Below are positions 9,237 to 17,958 of a stretch of 64,000 nucleotides of DNA, in pieces; the stretch's first letter is position 1, and each line of letters starts with the position of its first letter. The DNA is from an uncultured Gemmatimonadales bacterium (GTDB lineage: Bacteria > Gemmatimonadota > Gemmatimonadetes > Longimicrobiales > RSA9). The notes under the pieces are model-generated. The model was not told the DNA's origin. It made no database searches and worked only from the letters and a program-made list of their open reading frames with translations. Location of the stretch: positions 43,733 to 107,732 of the forward strand of contig CAVUKA010000004.1 of NCBI GenBank assembly GCA_963741945.1, written 5' to 3'. Both the position numbers and the translations under genes were made by a program.

Positions 9237-10199
9237 ATTTCGATACGTGAAGTCCCGGTCACCAGCGGCGCGCTGGTCGCCGCGCTCCTGGTGGCCCTTG
9301 CGGCCTGCGGCGGCGGCGATGCCGGCGAGGCCGGCCAAGCCGGCGGTGCTGCTGGCAATGCTCCTTCGCGCGTTCGCGTGACGGACCCGGCAGGTCGGGC
9401 CGTCACACTCGAAGCGCCCGCCCGCCGCGTGGTCTCCATGGTCCCTGCCATGACGGAGTGGCTGGTGGCGATGGGGGGAGCCGACCGGCTCGTCGCCCGT
9501 ACCGACTTCGACACCGAGCCACAGCTCGACAGCCTCCCGTCCGTCGGCGGCGGCCTGGACCCGAGCGTGGAGTGGCTGGCCGCGCGCCACCCGGACCTGG
9601 TCATCGCATGGCCGGACGCGCCGAGCCGGTCCCTGGTCACGCGTCTCGAGAGCCTCGGCATCCCCGTCTACACGGCGCCGATCCAGACCATTGAGGAAGC
9701 GCTCGGGGCCGCTCGCGACCTCGGTCGACTCCTGGCGATGGACTCGGCCGCCGACGCTGTGGTGGCGCATGTCGTGGCCGGGCTCGACTCCGTCCGCGCC
9801 GCCACGGCCCATGCGCCACGCCCGTCCACCCTTTTCGTCATCGGCCTCGACCCGCTCATGGCCGCCGGCCCCGGCACGTTCATCGACGAGCTGCTCGGGC
9901 AGGCCGGGGCTGCCAATGCCCTGGCCGGCGTGAACGCGCTCTGGCCCCAGCTGTCCCTCGAAGAGGTCGTCGCCCGGCGCCCGCAGGTCATCATCCTGGC
10001 GAGGGCGGGGGGCGCAGCCACCCCGGGCGAACCCCACGCCGTCGGGCTCCTCCGCGACCGCCCCGGGTGGGCCGACGTCCCGGCCGTGCGCGCCGGGCGC
10101 GTCTACGCCGTCGACCCGTACGTCGTCAATCGGCCGGGTCCGCACATGGCGGAGTCGGCAGCGCAGCTGGCGCGTCTCGTCCACGGAGGCGCGCTGTGA
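9237..10199 (+). CDS. btuF: Periplasmic cobalamin/siderophore-type ABC substrate-binding lipoprotein (BtuF-like)
   Basis: TroA/BtuF-like sequence (RVVSMVPAMTEWLVAMGGADRLVARTDF ... HPDLVIAWPD). Lies under the cobalamin riboswitch. The track ORF starts at GTG 9291 (MALAAC), which removes the signal peptide. The frame is open from 9201, and ATT at 9237, 7 nt after the SD, gives MSIREVPVTSAALVAALLVALAAC with a lipobox. The exact start is uncertain. Confidence 0.8.
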   Translation: MSIREVPVTSGALVAALLVALAACGGGDAGEAGQAGGAAGNAPSRVRVTDPAGRAVTLEAPARRVVSMVPAMTEWLVAMGGADRLVARTDFDTEPQLDSLPSVGGGLDPSVEWLAARHPDLVIAWPDAPSRSLVTRLESLGIPVYTAPIQTIEEALGAARDLGRLLAMDSAADAVVAHVVAGLDSVRAATAHAPRPSTLFVIGLDPLMAAGPGTFIDELLGQAGAANALAGVNALWPQLSLEEVVARRPQVIILARAGGAATPGEPHAVGLLRDRPGWADVPAVRAGRVYAVDPYVVNRPGPHMAESAAQLARLVHGGAL

Positions 10200-11191
10200 C
10201 GGCTCCATCGATCCCGGTCCGGCTCGCGATCCTGGCCGCGATGCTCCTGGCTGCGCTGCTCCTGGCCGTGGGGGTGGGTGCCGTTCCCGTGCCGCCCGCG
10301 GCCGTGGTCCGGGCCCTTGCCGGCACCGGCGACCCTACCATCCGCACCATCGTCGTGGAGCTCCGGCTTCCCCGCGCCGTTGCCGCCATCCTCATTGGCG
10401 GCGCGCTCGCCGTGTCCGGCGCGGTGTTCCAGGCGCTCCTCCGCAACCCGCTGGCCGAGCCGTACATCCTGGGCGTGTCGGGCGGGGCGGCCGTGGCCGC
10501 TGTGGCGGTCATCGGGTTTGCCGGGGCCACGGTCGCGGCGTGGCTCGTCCCGGCCGCCGCGTTCGCCGGCGGTGTCGGGGCGATCCTGCTGGTTTTCCGC
10601 ATCGCCGCGTCGGTCGGACGTGCGCTGGACACGCGCGTGCTCCTGCTGGCGGGGGTGGTGGTGGGCGCCTTCTTCAACGCGGTCATCCTGCTGCTTCTCA
10701 CGCTGGCCGATGTGGAGACGTTCCGCTCCGCGATCTTCTGGATGATGGGCAGCCTGGCATCGGCGACGTGGGGCACGGTCCTGGGCCTGACGGCGTTCAC
10801 GCTTCCCGCCCTCGCCGTCCTCCTCGCCCTCGCCCGCGCGCTCAACCTCATGGCCGTGGGCGAGGAGACCGCGCTCTATCTCGGCACCCGCGTCGAGCAC
10901 GTCAAGCGCGCCGCCTACCTGGTCGCTTCCCTCCTCGTGGCCGCTGGCGTGGCGGCCGCAGGCGTGATCGGGTTCGTGGGCCTCATCGTGCCCCACGCGC
11001 TCCGGCTCGTCTGGGGCGGCGACCACCGCTTCCTGCTCCCGGGCAGCGCTCTGGCCGGCGCCGCATTCCTCCTCCTCGCCGACACCGCCGCCCGGACCGT
11101 GGCGGCGCCCGTCGAGCTGCCGGTGGGCGTCGTCACGGCGCTGGTGGGTGTGCCGGTGTTCGTCGCCCTGCTCACGCGGCGGTCGGCGTGA
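10196..11191 (+). CDS. btuC: FecCD-family ABC permease (BtuC-like)
   Basis: GTG 10196 overlaps the btuF-like stop (GTGA). Polytopic, with FecCD signatures (LRLPRAVAAILIGGALAVSGAVFQALLRNPLAEPYILGVSGGA ... PVGVVTALVGVPVF). Confidence 0.88.
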   Translation: MTAPSIPVRLAILAAMLLAALLLAVGVGAVPVPPAAVVRALAGTGDPTIRTIVVELRLPRAVAAILIGGALAVSGAVFQALLRNPLAEPYILGVSGGAAVAAVAVIGFAGATVAAWLVPAAAFAGGVGAILLVFRIAASVGRALDTRVLLLAGVVVGAFFNAVILLLLTLADVETFRSAIFWMMGSLASATWGTVLGLTAFTLPALAVLLALARALNLMAVGEETALYLGTRVEHVKRAAYLVASLLVAAGVAAAGVIGFVGLIVPHALRLVWGGDHRFLLPGSALAGAAFLLLADTAARTVAAPVELPVGVVTALVGVPVFVALLTRRSA

Positions 11192-11991
11192 TCTATCGGG
11201 CCGCGGCGCTCGCCTACCGGTATCCCGGTGCCGCTCGCGATGCCCTGGCCGGGGTGGATCTCGAGGTGCCGCGGGGGGCGTTCTACGGCGTCATCGGCCC
11301 GAACGGCTGCGGCAAGACCACCCTGCTGCGGCTGCTCCTGGGCGCGCTCGCTCCGGACCGGGGCCAGGTTCGCTACGATGGGCGGCCTCTGGCGGAATGG
11401 TCGCGCCGCGAGCTGGCGCGACGGGTGGGCGTGGTGCCGCAGAGCGAGGAGCTGGTCTTCCCGCTCACCGTCCGGGAGCTCGTGGCCATGGGCCGGTACC
11501 CGCACCTCGGCCCCTGGCGCACGGAAGGTGGAGCGGACAGGGCCGCCGTGGATCGTGCGCTCGACACGTGCGACATCACGGGGCTGGCCGCCCGTGCGGT
11601 GGGCACGCTGTCCGGGGGCGAGCGGCAGCGCGCCCGCGTCGCCAGGGCGCTGGCCCAGGAGCCGGAGGTGCTGGTGCTGGACGAGCCGACGGCATCACTC
11701 GATGTCAGCCACGAGATGGGGATCTTCGAGCTCGTTCGTCGCCTGGCGGACGACGGCGTGACCGTGCTCATGGTCACCCACAACCTGAACGTGGCCGCTC
11801 GCTTCGCCGACCGGCTGCTGCTCCTCGATCGCGGACGCGCGGCCGCGCGCGGCACCGCCGACGACGTTCTCCGCCCCGACATCCTCGAATCCGTCTACCA
11901 CTGGCCGCTCGCCCTTTCCCATCACCCCGGACCCGGCCCCGACAGTGGCACCCCGCAGATCGTGCCCCTCAGACGCTCATGGACACCATGA
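11188..11991 (+). CDS. btuD: ABC transporter ATP-binding protein (BtuD/FecE-like)
   Basis: GTG 11188 overlaps the permease stop (GTGA). Walker A GPNGCGKTT, signature LSGGERQR, Walker B LVLDEPTASLD. Confidence 0.88.
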   Translation: MIYRAAALAYRYPGAARDALAGVDLEVPRGAFYGVIGPNGCGKTTLLRLLLGALAPDRGQVRYDGRPLAEWSRRELARRVGVVPQSEELVFPLTVRELVAMGRYPHLGPWRTEGGADRAAVDRALDTCDITGLAARAVGTLSGGERQRARVARALAQEPEVLVLDEPTASLDVSHEMGIFELVRRLADDGVTVLMVTHNLNVAARFADRLLLLDRGRAAARGTADDVLRPDILESVYHWPLALSHHPGPGPDSGTPQIVPLRRSWTP

Positions 11992-14111
11992 TCCGCACCC
12001 CTCGCTCCCGCGCCTTCCTCCCCGCGAGCACCCGGCGCCCCATCCGGTGGCTGTCGCTGACCGCCGCCCTCGCGCTGGCACCCCTTTGCGGGCTCGCCGC
12101 ACAGGACCTGGGCGACACCCTTCCCGACACCGTCCGGCTCTCCGACCTCGTGGTCACCGCCACGCGCGTCCCCCTCCCCAGGGAGGCGCTGCCCACGCCC
12201 GTCACCACCCTCTCGGGTGCCCGGCTGCGCGAGGCCGGCGTCCGGACCGTGGCGGACGCGCTCCGGGAGGTCACCAGCGCGGCGGTGGTGCGCGCCGGTG
12301 CGGCCGGCGCCCAGACATCGTTGTTCCTACGCGGTGGCGAGAGCGACTACGTGAAGATCCTCGTGGATGGCGTCCCGGTGAACGATCCCGGCGGCGCGTT
12401 CGACCTCGCCGACCTCACCACCGAGCAGATCGAGCGGATCGAGGTGGTGCGTGGCCCGGTGAGCGTGCTGTACGGCAGCGACGCCATCAGCGGCGTCGTC
12501 CAGCTCTTCACCCGCCGTGGCCGCGGCGCACCCTCCGTCACCGCCAGGCTCTCCGGCGGCCTCGGCGGTCGCCCGGACCCGCCGACCACCGTGGCAGGCG
12601 ACGATGGCGGCGACGGCACCGGGACCGGCGAAGCGGCATCGGCCGCCATCGACCCCGGCTTCGCCCGTGGTGGCGACACGTACGGCGACGCGGAGGCCGC
12701 CGCGTCGGTGGCCGGGTCCACGGGGGCGGTCTCCTACGCTTTCGGAGGCAGCCGCTCCTGGACCAATGGGCTCTACCGCATCAACAACGGTCGCGACCTC
12801 TCCACCGGGAGCGCACGCGTGGCCTGGACGGCGGCGCCCGGCACCGAGCTCGCCCTCACCGCCAGGCTGAGCGACAGCCGATCCGGCTTCCCCACCGACG
12901 GAACCGGCGCCGTCGTGGACCGCAACGCCCGCATCGATCGGACCCGGATCACCAGCGCCCTGGACGGCGGTTTCCGGCTGTCGCGCCGCATCGATGCCGC
13001 CGTCCGCATCGGCCTCGCCCACCGCCGCCGGCTCTCCCTCGACGATCGGGATGGCCCCGCCGACACGCTCGGTATCTTCGCGTCGGAGCTGCAATGGAAC
13101 GTGGCGCGCCTGTCCGCGGACGCCCACCTGAATGCCCGGCTCCCCTGGGGCGTCCTCACCGCCGGCGCTTCGCTCGATGACGCCCGCGCCGACACCCGGT
13201 ACACCTCGGACAGCGAGTGGGGCCCGGCCGCCGCCTCCGCCGACTACCACCGCACCAGCGCCGGCTATTATGCCCAGGTCCTCGCCCAACCGGGCGACGC
13301 GGTCCATGTCACCGCGGGCGCCCGCCTCGACCGCAGCGCCACCTACGGCGACTTCCAGACGTATCGCCTCGGCGCCACCCTCCGCGTGGCACCCGGCTTC
13401 CGTTTCCGGGGTGCCGTCGGCCGCGGCTTCCGCGAGCCCGCGTTCGATGAGAGCTTCGGCAGCGGCTTCGGCGACCGCGGCAACCCCGACCTCGCACCCG
13501 AGCAGTCCCACAGCTGGGAAATGGGACTCGAGCACGACCTCGGCAGCACCGCCTGGATCGCCGCCACCTGGTTCCAGCAGCGCTTCGAAGACCTCATCCA
13601 GTTCACCTTCGCATCGCCCGAGCCCGACGCGCCAAGCTATTTCAACGTGGGCGCCGCCTCCGCGCGAGGCCTGGAGATCGAAGCTTCCGCCCGCTTCGGC
13701 CCCCTCGACCTCGCCGCCGGCTACACCCGCCTCTTCACCGAGGTCCTCGACCCCGGCCTCGCCTCCGACGCAGCCTTCAGCGCTGGCCGCCGGCTGCTCC
13801 GCCGGCCCCGGCAGAGCGGGTCGCTCCACGGACGCCTCTCCGCCGCGGGCGGCGCGCTCCTGGCCACCATCACCGCCGTGGGCACCCGCGAGGACCTCGA
13901 CTTCGCCGCCGGCTACCCGGCCCCCCGCGTCTCCCTCCCCGCCTACGCCACCCTCCACCTCGCTCTCGAGCGGCGGCTCCCGCTGGCCGGCCCCGCCACC
14001 ACCCTCGCCCTGGCCGTCGACAACGTCCTCGACACCACGTACGAGACCGTCCGCGGCTTTCCCGCGCCCGGACGCCTGGTCCGCCTCATCGTCGAGCTCC
14101 GCGCCCCCTAG
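11979..14111 (+). CDS. btuB: TonB-dependent outer-membrane receptor (BtuB-like)
   Basis: ATG 11979 overlaps the ATPase gene by 13 nt. It has a signal peptide and a TonB box DLVVTATR. The plug is VEVVRGPVSVLYGSDAISGVVQLFTRRG. A beta-barrel follows, ending GRLVRLIVELRAP. It is the last gene of the riboswitch-controlled operon. Confidence 0.88.
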   Translation: MDTMIRTPRSRAFLPASTRRPIRWLSLTAALALAPLCGLAAQDLGDTLPDTVRLSDLVVTATRVPLPREALPTPVTTLSGARLREAGVRTVADALREVTSAAVVRAGAAGAQTSLFLRGGESDYVKILVDGVPVNDPGGAFDLADLTTEQIERIEVVRGPVSVLYGSDAISGVVQLFTRRGRGAPSVTARLSGGLGGRPDPPTTVAGDDGGDGTGTGEAASAAIDPGFARGGDTYGDAEAAASVAGSTGAVSYAFGGSRSWTNGLYRINNGRDLSTGSARVAWTAAPGTELALTARLSDSRSGFPTDGTGAVVDRNARIDRTRITSALDGGFRLSRRIDAAVRIGLAHRRRLSLDDRDGPADTLGIFASELQWNVARLSADAHLNARLPWGVLTAGASLDDARADTRYTSDSEWGPAAASADYHRTSAGYYAQVLAQPGDAVHVTAGARLDRSATYGDFQTYRLGATLRVAPGFRFRGAVGRGFREPAFDESFGSGFGDRGNPDLAPEQSHSWEMGLEHDLGSTAWIAATWFQQRFEDLIQFTFASPEPDAPSYFNVGAASARGLEIEASARFGPLDLAAGYTRLFTEVLDPGLASDAAFSAGRRLLRRPRQSGSLHGRLSAAGGALLATITAVGTREDLDFAAGYPAPRVSLPAYATLHLALERRLPLAGPATTLALAVDNVLDTTYETVRGFPAPGRLVRLIVELRAP

Positions 14112-14160
14112 GCACACCCTCCACGCCCGGCGGCCCGGATACACTTCGTCGTCGGCCCCC

Positions 14161-14348
14161 GCCGGCTCCGGATGCACGGGGCCCCCGACCGCCCCGAAGC
14201 CACTTCGCCCCGCCGGCTCCGGACGCACGGGCCCCCGACCGCCCCGAAGCCACTTCGCCTCGCCGGCTCCGGACGCACGGGCCCCCGCCAGCTTCGAAGC
14301 CACTTCGCCTCGCCGGCTCCGGACGCACGGGCCCCCGCCAGCTTCGAG
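14161..14348. repeat. Tandem direct repeat, 50-51 bp unit x about 3.7
   Basis: Units start at 14161, 14212, 14262 and 14312 (partial). Consensus is gccggctccggacgcacgggcccccg(acc gcccc / cca gcttc)gaagccacttcgcc. Each unit carries the small hairpin cgaag-cca-cttcg. The period is not a multiple of 3. Confidence 0.9.
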
Positions 14349-14403
14349 GCGGGTGTGGGATCCGGCCTCAAGCGAACGCTGCGGCCGTGCCTGGGTCCGG
14401 CCG

Positions 14404-14570
14404 GAAAATTCCCCGCGCGTCGCGCATTTCCCGGCGCGGTGGAACCCGACAGCGGTATTCGCGGAACATCACCGCCGCGTCGGGACATGGACCTCGCAAT
14501 GAAGATCTTCGGGGATATGCGCCGTCAACTCCCCGCACGTCGCAGCTGGTGCGACGGGTGGGGAAATTTC
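14404..14570. repeat. Imperfect inverted repeat pair (17/20) bracketing a lower-GC core
   Basis: The left arm gaaaattccccgcgcgtcgc (14404-14423) matches the reverse complement of gcgacgggtggggaaatttc (14551-14570) at 17 of 20 positions. A direct partial copy ccccgcacgtcgc (14531-14543) forms a local hairpin with the right arm. Confidence 0.7.
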
Positions 14571-14606
14571 AGCTCCCGGCGCCAGCCACCGCATTCACCC
14601 CCGCCG

Positions 14607-14742
14607 CCATCGACGGCCACCCCCGCCAGCATCGACGGCCACCCCCGCCGCTATCGACGGCCAACCCCACCTCCAGCGACGGCCACCCCCGCCTCCAGCG
14701 ACGGCCACCCCCGCCGCTATCGATGGCCGGGCATGGCGAGCC
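14607..14742. repeat. Strictly 22-bp-phased direct repeat array x6 (iteron-like)
   Basis: The core cgacggccacccccgcc recurs at 14611, 14633, 14655, 14677 and 14699, with a degenerate copy at 14721, always 22 bp apart. The 5-bp linkers vary (gccat, agcat, gctat, tccag). Confidence 0.88.
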
Positions 14743-14885
14743 CGACCGCCGGCGTGCCGCGCCCGACCCCACGGATGCGGCGCGCCCGGATGCGCTTCGC
14801 CCCCGCCGGCCTCGCAGCCGACGGGGGCGAGCCGCCGCGGAGCTCGAGCTCGGGCCATCAGGCCACGAAGCTCAGGCGCCCTCCT

Positions 14886-15806
14886 TCAAGGCGTCTCCGC
14901 GGCGGTGGCTGAGGTGACGGTCCAGGACACCGTCCCGGTCTCGCCGCTGGACAGCGTCAGCGTCTGCTCGGCTGCGGGATCGGACGTGAACACGAGTCCG
15001 TCGGGTCCGTTCAGCCGCAGCGTGTACGACATGTCCGGCTGTTCATAGCCGAAGTTCACCTCGTAGACGCCGCTGCCGTTGTCCGCGAACAACACTCGTG
15101 CCGAGTCGCCTTCGGCCGGGATCATCGTGGCGCTGAAGTCTCCGAGCCCCATTTCTCCCGGCAGCTCTACGGTGTCCGCCAGCACCAGGGCGGCGGTGAG
15201 CCCACCGGTCAGCGAGATGTCCGCCCCGTGGACCACGCCGTGGAAGTTGTAGTGGTTCGAGTTGCCGGCCTGCCGGATGAAGGATTCGTTCACCACGAAG
15301 TCCAGCAGCAGGACCTCCTGTGAGCCGCCCACCACGTGGAGCCCGTGCAGCAGCACCTTCAGCCCCGAGTTCTGCGTGCTGGTCATGTTGATGGTCCCGC
15401 TCGGCTCACCGCACGCCGTGTATTCGGGCGAGGACGAGTACACGCCGTCGCTGGTCACGATGCACGCGTCGCCCAGGACGATCCGCAGCTGACCGTAGTC
15501 GCCCTCGGGGACCTCGGCCCCCGTCACGAGGTCCGCCACCGCACCCTGGAGATTGGTGAGCTCGTACTCCTCGTTGCCGTCCTCCATCAGGTACGTGCGG
15601 GTGCCCGGGGGATCCGCCTCCCCGTTGTCGCCCTGGAGATAGATGTCCGTGAACGTGACCCGGGCCTCCGTGATCTCTGGGCCGTTCCCGTCCGTCAGCT
15701 TCAGGGAGACGGTTCCGTACTCGGTCGCCGTCGTGTTTCCTTCGCAGGCTGCAATCGGGAGAGACATTGCCAGCGCCAGCGTTGCGATTTCGCTGGTTCG
15801 GAACAT
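14886..15806 (-). CDS. DUF4382-like secreted lipoprotein
   Basis: Signal peptide plus lipobox (LAMSLPIAAC). The T/S/N/D/E/G-rich beta-type protein follows the DUF4382 pattern (GTVSLKLTD ... ITEARVTFTDIYLQG ... YELTNLQGAVADLV ... GDYGQLRIVLG). Domain assignment is from memory only. Confidence 0.65.
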   Translation of the reverse strand: MFRTSEIATLALAMSLPIAACEGNTTATEYGTVSLKLTDGNGPEITEARVTFTDIYLQGDNGEADPPGTRTYLMEDGNEEYELTNLQGAVADLVTGAEVPEGDYGQLRIVLGDACIVTSDGVYSSSPEYTACGEPSGTINMTSTQNSGLKVLLHGLHVVGGSQEVLLLDFVVNESFIRQAGNSNHYNFHGVVHGADISLTGGLTAALVLADTVELPGEMGLGDFSATMIPAEGDSARVLFADNGSGVYEVNFGYEQPDMSYTLRLNGPDGLVFTSDPAAEQTLTLSSGETGTVSWTVTSATAAETP

Positions 15807-15914
15807 GTGGGCTCACTCCTGGTTGAATGATGCGGAGGTCCGCCCGGGCGCACCCGGTGGCCGCTTCCCTCATCAGACGAGTGGGGGCCCGTCCGCGTCA
15901 CACCCACCGCCGCC

Positions 15915-16838
15915 CTAGCCGCCCGTCGCGTCCTCCAGTATGGCGGCATAGCTCTCGTACCGCTCCCTGCTGATGGCCTCTCCTTCCAGCGCGGCCAGAA
16001 CGCCGCATCCGGGCTCGTGGGTATGCGAGCACGACCGCCCGAAGCGGCAGTGCTGCGCGGCGCCGCGCAGCTCGGGGAAGCAGAGATCGAGATCCGCCGG
16101 CGCCAGGCGCCACAGCCCCAGCTCCCGGAGCCCCGGTGTGTCGGCGACGTGGCCACCGCAGTCCAGCGGGATCAACCGTGATGACACGGTGGTGTGGCGG
16201 CCTTTCCGCTGGACTTCGCTCACCTGGCCGACCCGGAGTCCGAGCCCGGGTTGGATGGCGTTCAACAGGCTCGACTTGCCCACGCCGGAAGGCCCCGACA
16301 GCACGCTCGCGCGCCCGCACAGCCGGCCTCGCAGCGCCTCGACGCCCTCCCCGGTGACGGCGCTCGTGTACAGCACCGGATAGCCGATGCGCTCGTAGGG
16401 CTCGAACGCGGCCCGGTCGGCCGCCGTGGCCCGGTCCATCTTGTTGGCGACGACCACGGCGTCGAGACCGCTGGACTCCGCCAGCACGAGGAAGCGATCG
16501 AGCATCCGGAGGTGCGGAGCCGGGTGGGCGGCGGAGAAGACGGCCACCAGCTGGTCCAGGTTGGCGGCAATCGCCTTGGCTCGATCCCCGCGCCCGGGCG
16601 CGGTACGGATGAGCTCGGTCCGACGGGGTTCCACCGCTTCGATGGTATGGAGGCCGTCCGGCTGCCGGACGACGGTGACCCTGTCCCCGACCACGACCGC
16701 ATCCCCGGTTCGGGCTTCCTGCTTCAGGCGGCCCCGGAGCGCGGCCTCCACCACCTTCCCCGGACGCAACTCGACCTCGTACACTCCGCCCGAAGCGGAG
16801 CGCACGAGGCCGTGGTCTGAGCCGGGGCCTGTCGGCAT
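15915..16838 (-). CDS. rsgA: Ribosome small-subunit-dependent GTPase A
   Basis: Circularly permuted GTPase (NKMD, then GPSGVGKSSLLN, DTPG). C-terminal zinc cluster CRFGRSCSHTHEPGC. Starts 10 nt after the upstream sigma gene stop. Confidence 0.9.
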   Translation of the reverse strand: MPTGPGSDHGLVRSASGGVYEVELRPGKVVEAALRGRLKQEARTGDAVVVGDRVTVVRQPDGLHTIEAVEPRRTELIRTAPGRGDRAKAIAANLDQLVAVFSAAHPAPHLRMLDRFLVLAESSGLDAVVVANKMDRATAADRAAFEPYERIGYPVLYTSAVTGEGVEALRGRLCGRASVLSGPSGVGKSSLLNAIQPGLGLRVGQVSEVQRKGRHTTVSSRLIPLDCGGHVADTPGLRELGLWRLAPADLDLCFPELRGAAQHCRFGRSCSHTHEPGCGVLAALEGEAISRERYESYAAILEDATGG

Positions 16839-16848
16839 GGGCTGCGGG

Positions 16849-17736
16849 CTAGGCGGCGAAGCTCTCCAGCGCCGTCCCCATGTCCCCTTCCCGCAGCCGC
16901 TTCAGCGCCCGGTCCCGGAGCTGGCGCACCCGCTCGCGCGTCACGCCGAGCATGTTCCCGATCTCTTCCAGAGTGTGCGTCTCTCCGCCATCGAGCCCGA
17001 AGTACAGCCGCAGCACTTTCGCGTCCCGCGGGTTCAGCGTGTCCAGCGCGGCGTCGATATGCTCGGCCAGCATGCGATCCTCGACGTCCTCCTCGGGCTC
17101 CGTCGCCTCGTCCAGGACGAAGCGCTCCACCAGATAGCTGTCATCGGAATCGCCGATCGGCGCGTCCAGGCGGATCTCCGCCGCGTTCAGCGTCTGGAGA
17201 TGCCGCACCACCTCCGGCGTCAGCTTGGCCGCCTTCGCCACTTCCTCCAGGTTCGGATCGCGCCCCAGCTCCTGCTTCAGCCGCTCCCGCTCCCGGAAGA
17301 TCCGCGCGAGGTCACTCGCCCGGTTCAGCGGCACCCGCACCGAGCGCCCCTGGTTCGCCAGCGCGGCCAGGATCGCCTGCCGGATCCACCACACGGCGTA
17401 CGAAATGAACTTCACGCCCTGTTCCGGATCGAACTTCCTCGCCGCGGTCACCAGACCCACGTTCCCTTCCTGGATCAGGTCGGCAAGCGAGACACCGCGG
17501 TTCTGGTACTTCTTCGCCACGCTGATCACGAACCGAAGGTTCGCCCGCGCCAGCGCCATGACCGCATCCTCGTCGCCCGCCTGCGCAAGCCTCCCCAGCT
17601 CGATCTCCTCCTGCGGCGTGATCAGCTCGTGCCGGCTGACATCGCCCAGGTACTGGTCGAGTGCGCTGGTGTCTTCGTACGTCGGACGGAACGCGCTCTT
17701 GCGCCGCCGACGCTTCTTGGATTCGGTCGCTGCCAT
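16849..17736 (-). CDS. RpoD-like sigma-70 family factor, short form (295 aa, no region 1.1)
   Basis: Region 2 is ANLRFVISVAKKYQNRGVSLADLIQEGNVGLVTAARKFDPEQGVKFISYAVWWIRQAI. Region 3 is present. Region 4.2 is TLEEIGNMLGVTRERVRQLRDRALKRL. I chose the ATG at 17736 (MAATESKKRRRR); the upstream part of ORF 16849..17877 is implausible. Confidence 0.88.
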   Translation of the reverse strand: MAATESKKRRRRKSAFRPTYEDTSALDQYLGDVSRHELITPQEEIELGRLAQAGDEDAVMALARANLRFVISVAKKYQNRGVSLADLIQEGNVGLVTAARKFDPEQGVKFISYAVWWIRQAILAALANQGRSVRVPLNRASDLARIFRERERLKQELGRDPNLEEVAKAAKLTPEVVRHLQTLNAAEIRLDAPIGDSDDSYLVERFVLDEATEPEEDVEDRMLAEHIDAALDTLNPRDAKVLRLYFGLDGGETHTLEEIGNMLGVTRERVRQLRDRALKRLREGDMGTALESFAA

Positions 17737-17958
17737 TTCGCCCACCGTGTATCGCTCGCTATCCGGGGCTCCCGCCGAGAAGTATCGGCCAGGCCCCTGA
17801 CAACTGTATGCCTCGCAAGGTCTTTGCCGCGGTCCGATGCGGTCCGGTGCGCCATCCAACGCTCCCACCCACTGCATCGCGGCCTCTAGTAACCCCGCTC
17901 GCTCGCCGGTGTTCCCGCGATTCCGGCCTGCTCGGCCGCCCCGATCCGGACGGCGACG

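Noticed and set aside
12327-14303. 658-aa minus-strand ORF
   Set aside because: It is antisense to the TonB-dependent receptor and runs into the 50-bp tandem array. It is G/A/E/R-rich with no motif.
14161-14742. CRISPR array interpretation of the direct repeats (also considered for 33319-33458)
   Set aside because: The repeats are contiguous with no unique spacers. The unit lengths and 22-bp period do not fit repeat-spacer architecture. No cas genes are present in the window.
14172-14912. 246-aa ORF spanning the repeat island, including an apparent TATPAS(I/S)DGHPRRYR peptide repeat
   Set aside because: The underlying DNA periods (50 and 22 bp) are not multiples of 3. The peptide is P/R-rich, there is no SD or signal, and it runs into the DUF4382 gene on the opposite strand.
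14886-15806. Horizontal acquisition of the DUF4382 lipoprotein gene, because it looks less GC-rich
   Set aside because: Read codon by codon, the third positions are still overwhelmingly G/C. The lower overall GC follows from the T/S/N/D/E-rich secreted-protein composition, and no flanking mobility genes are present.
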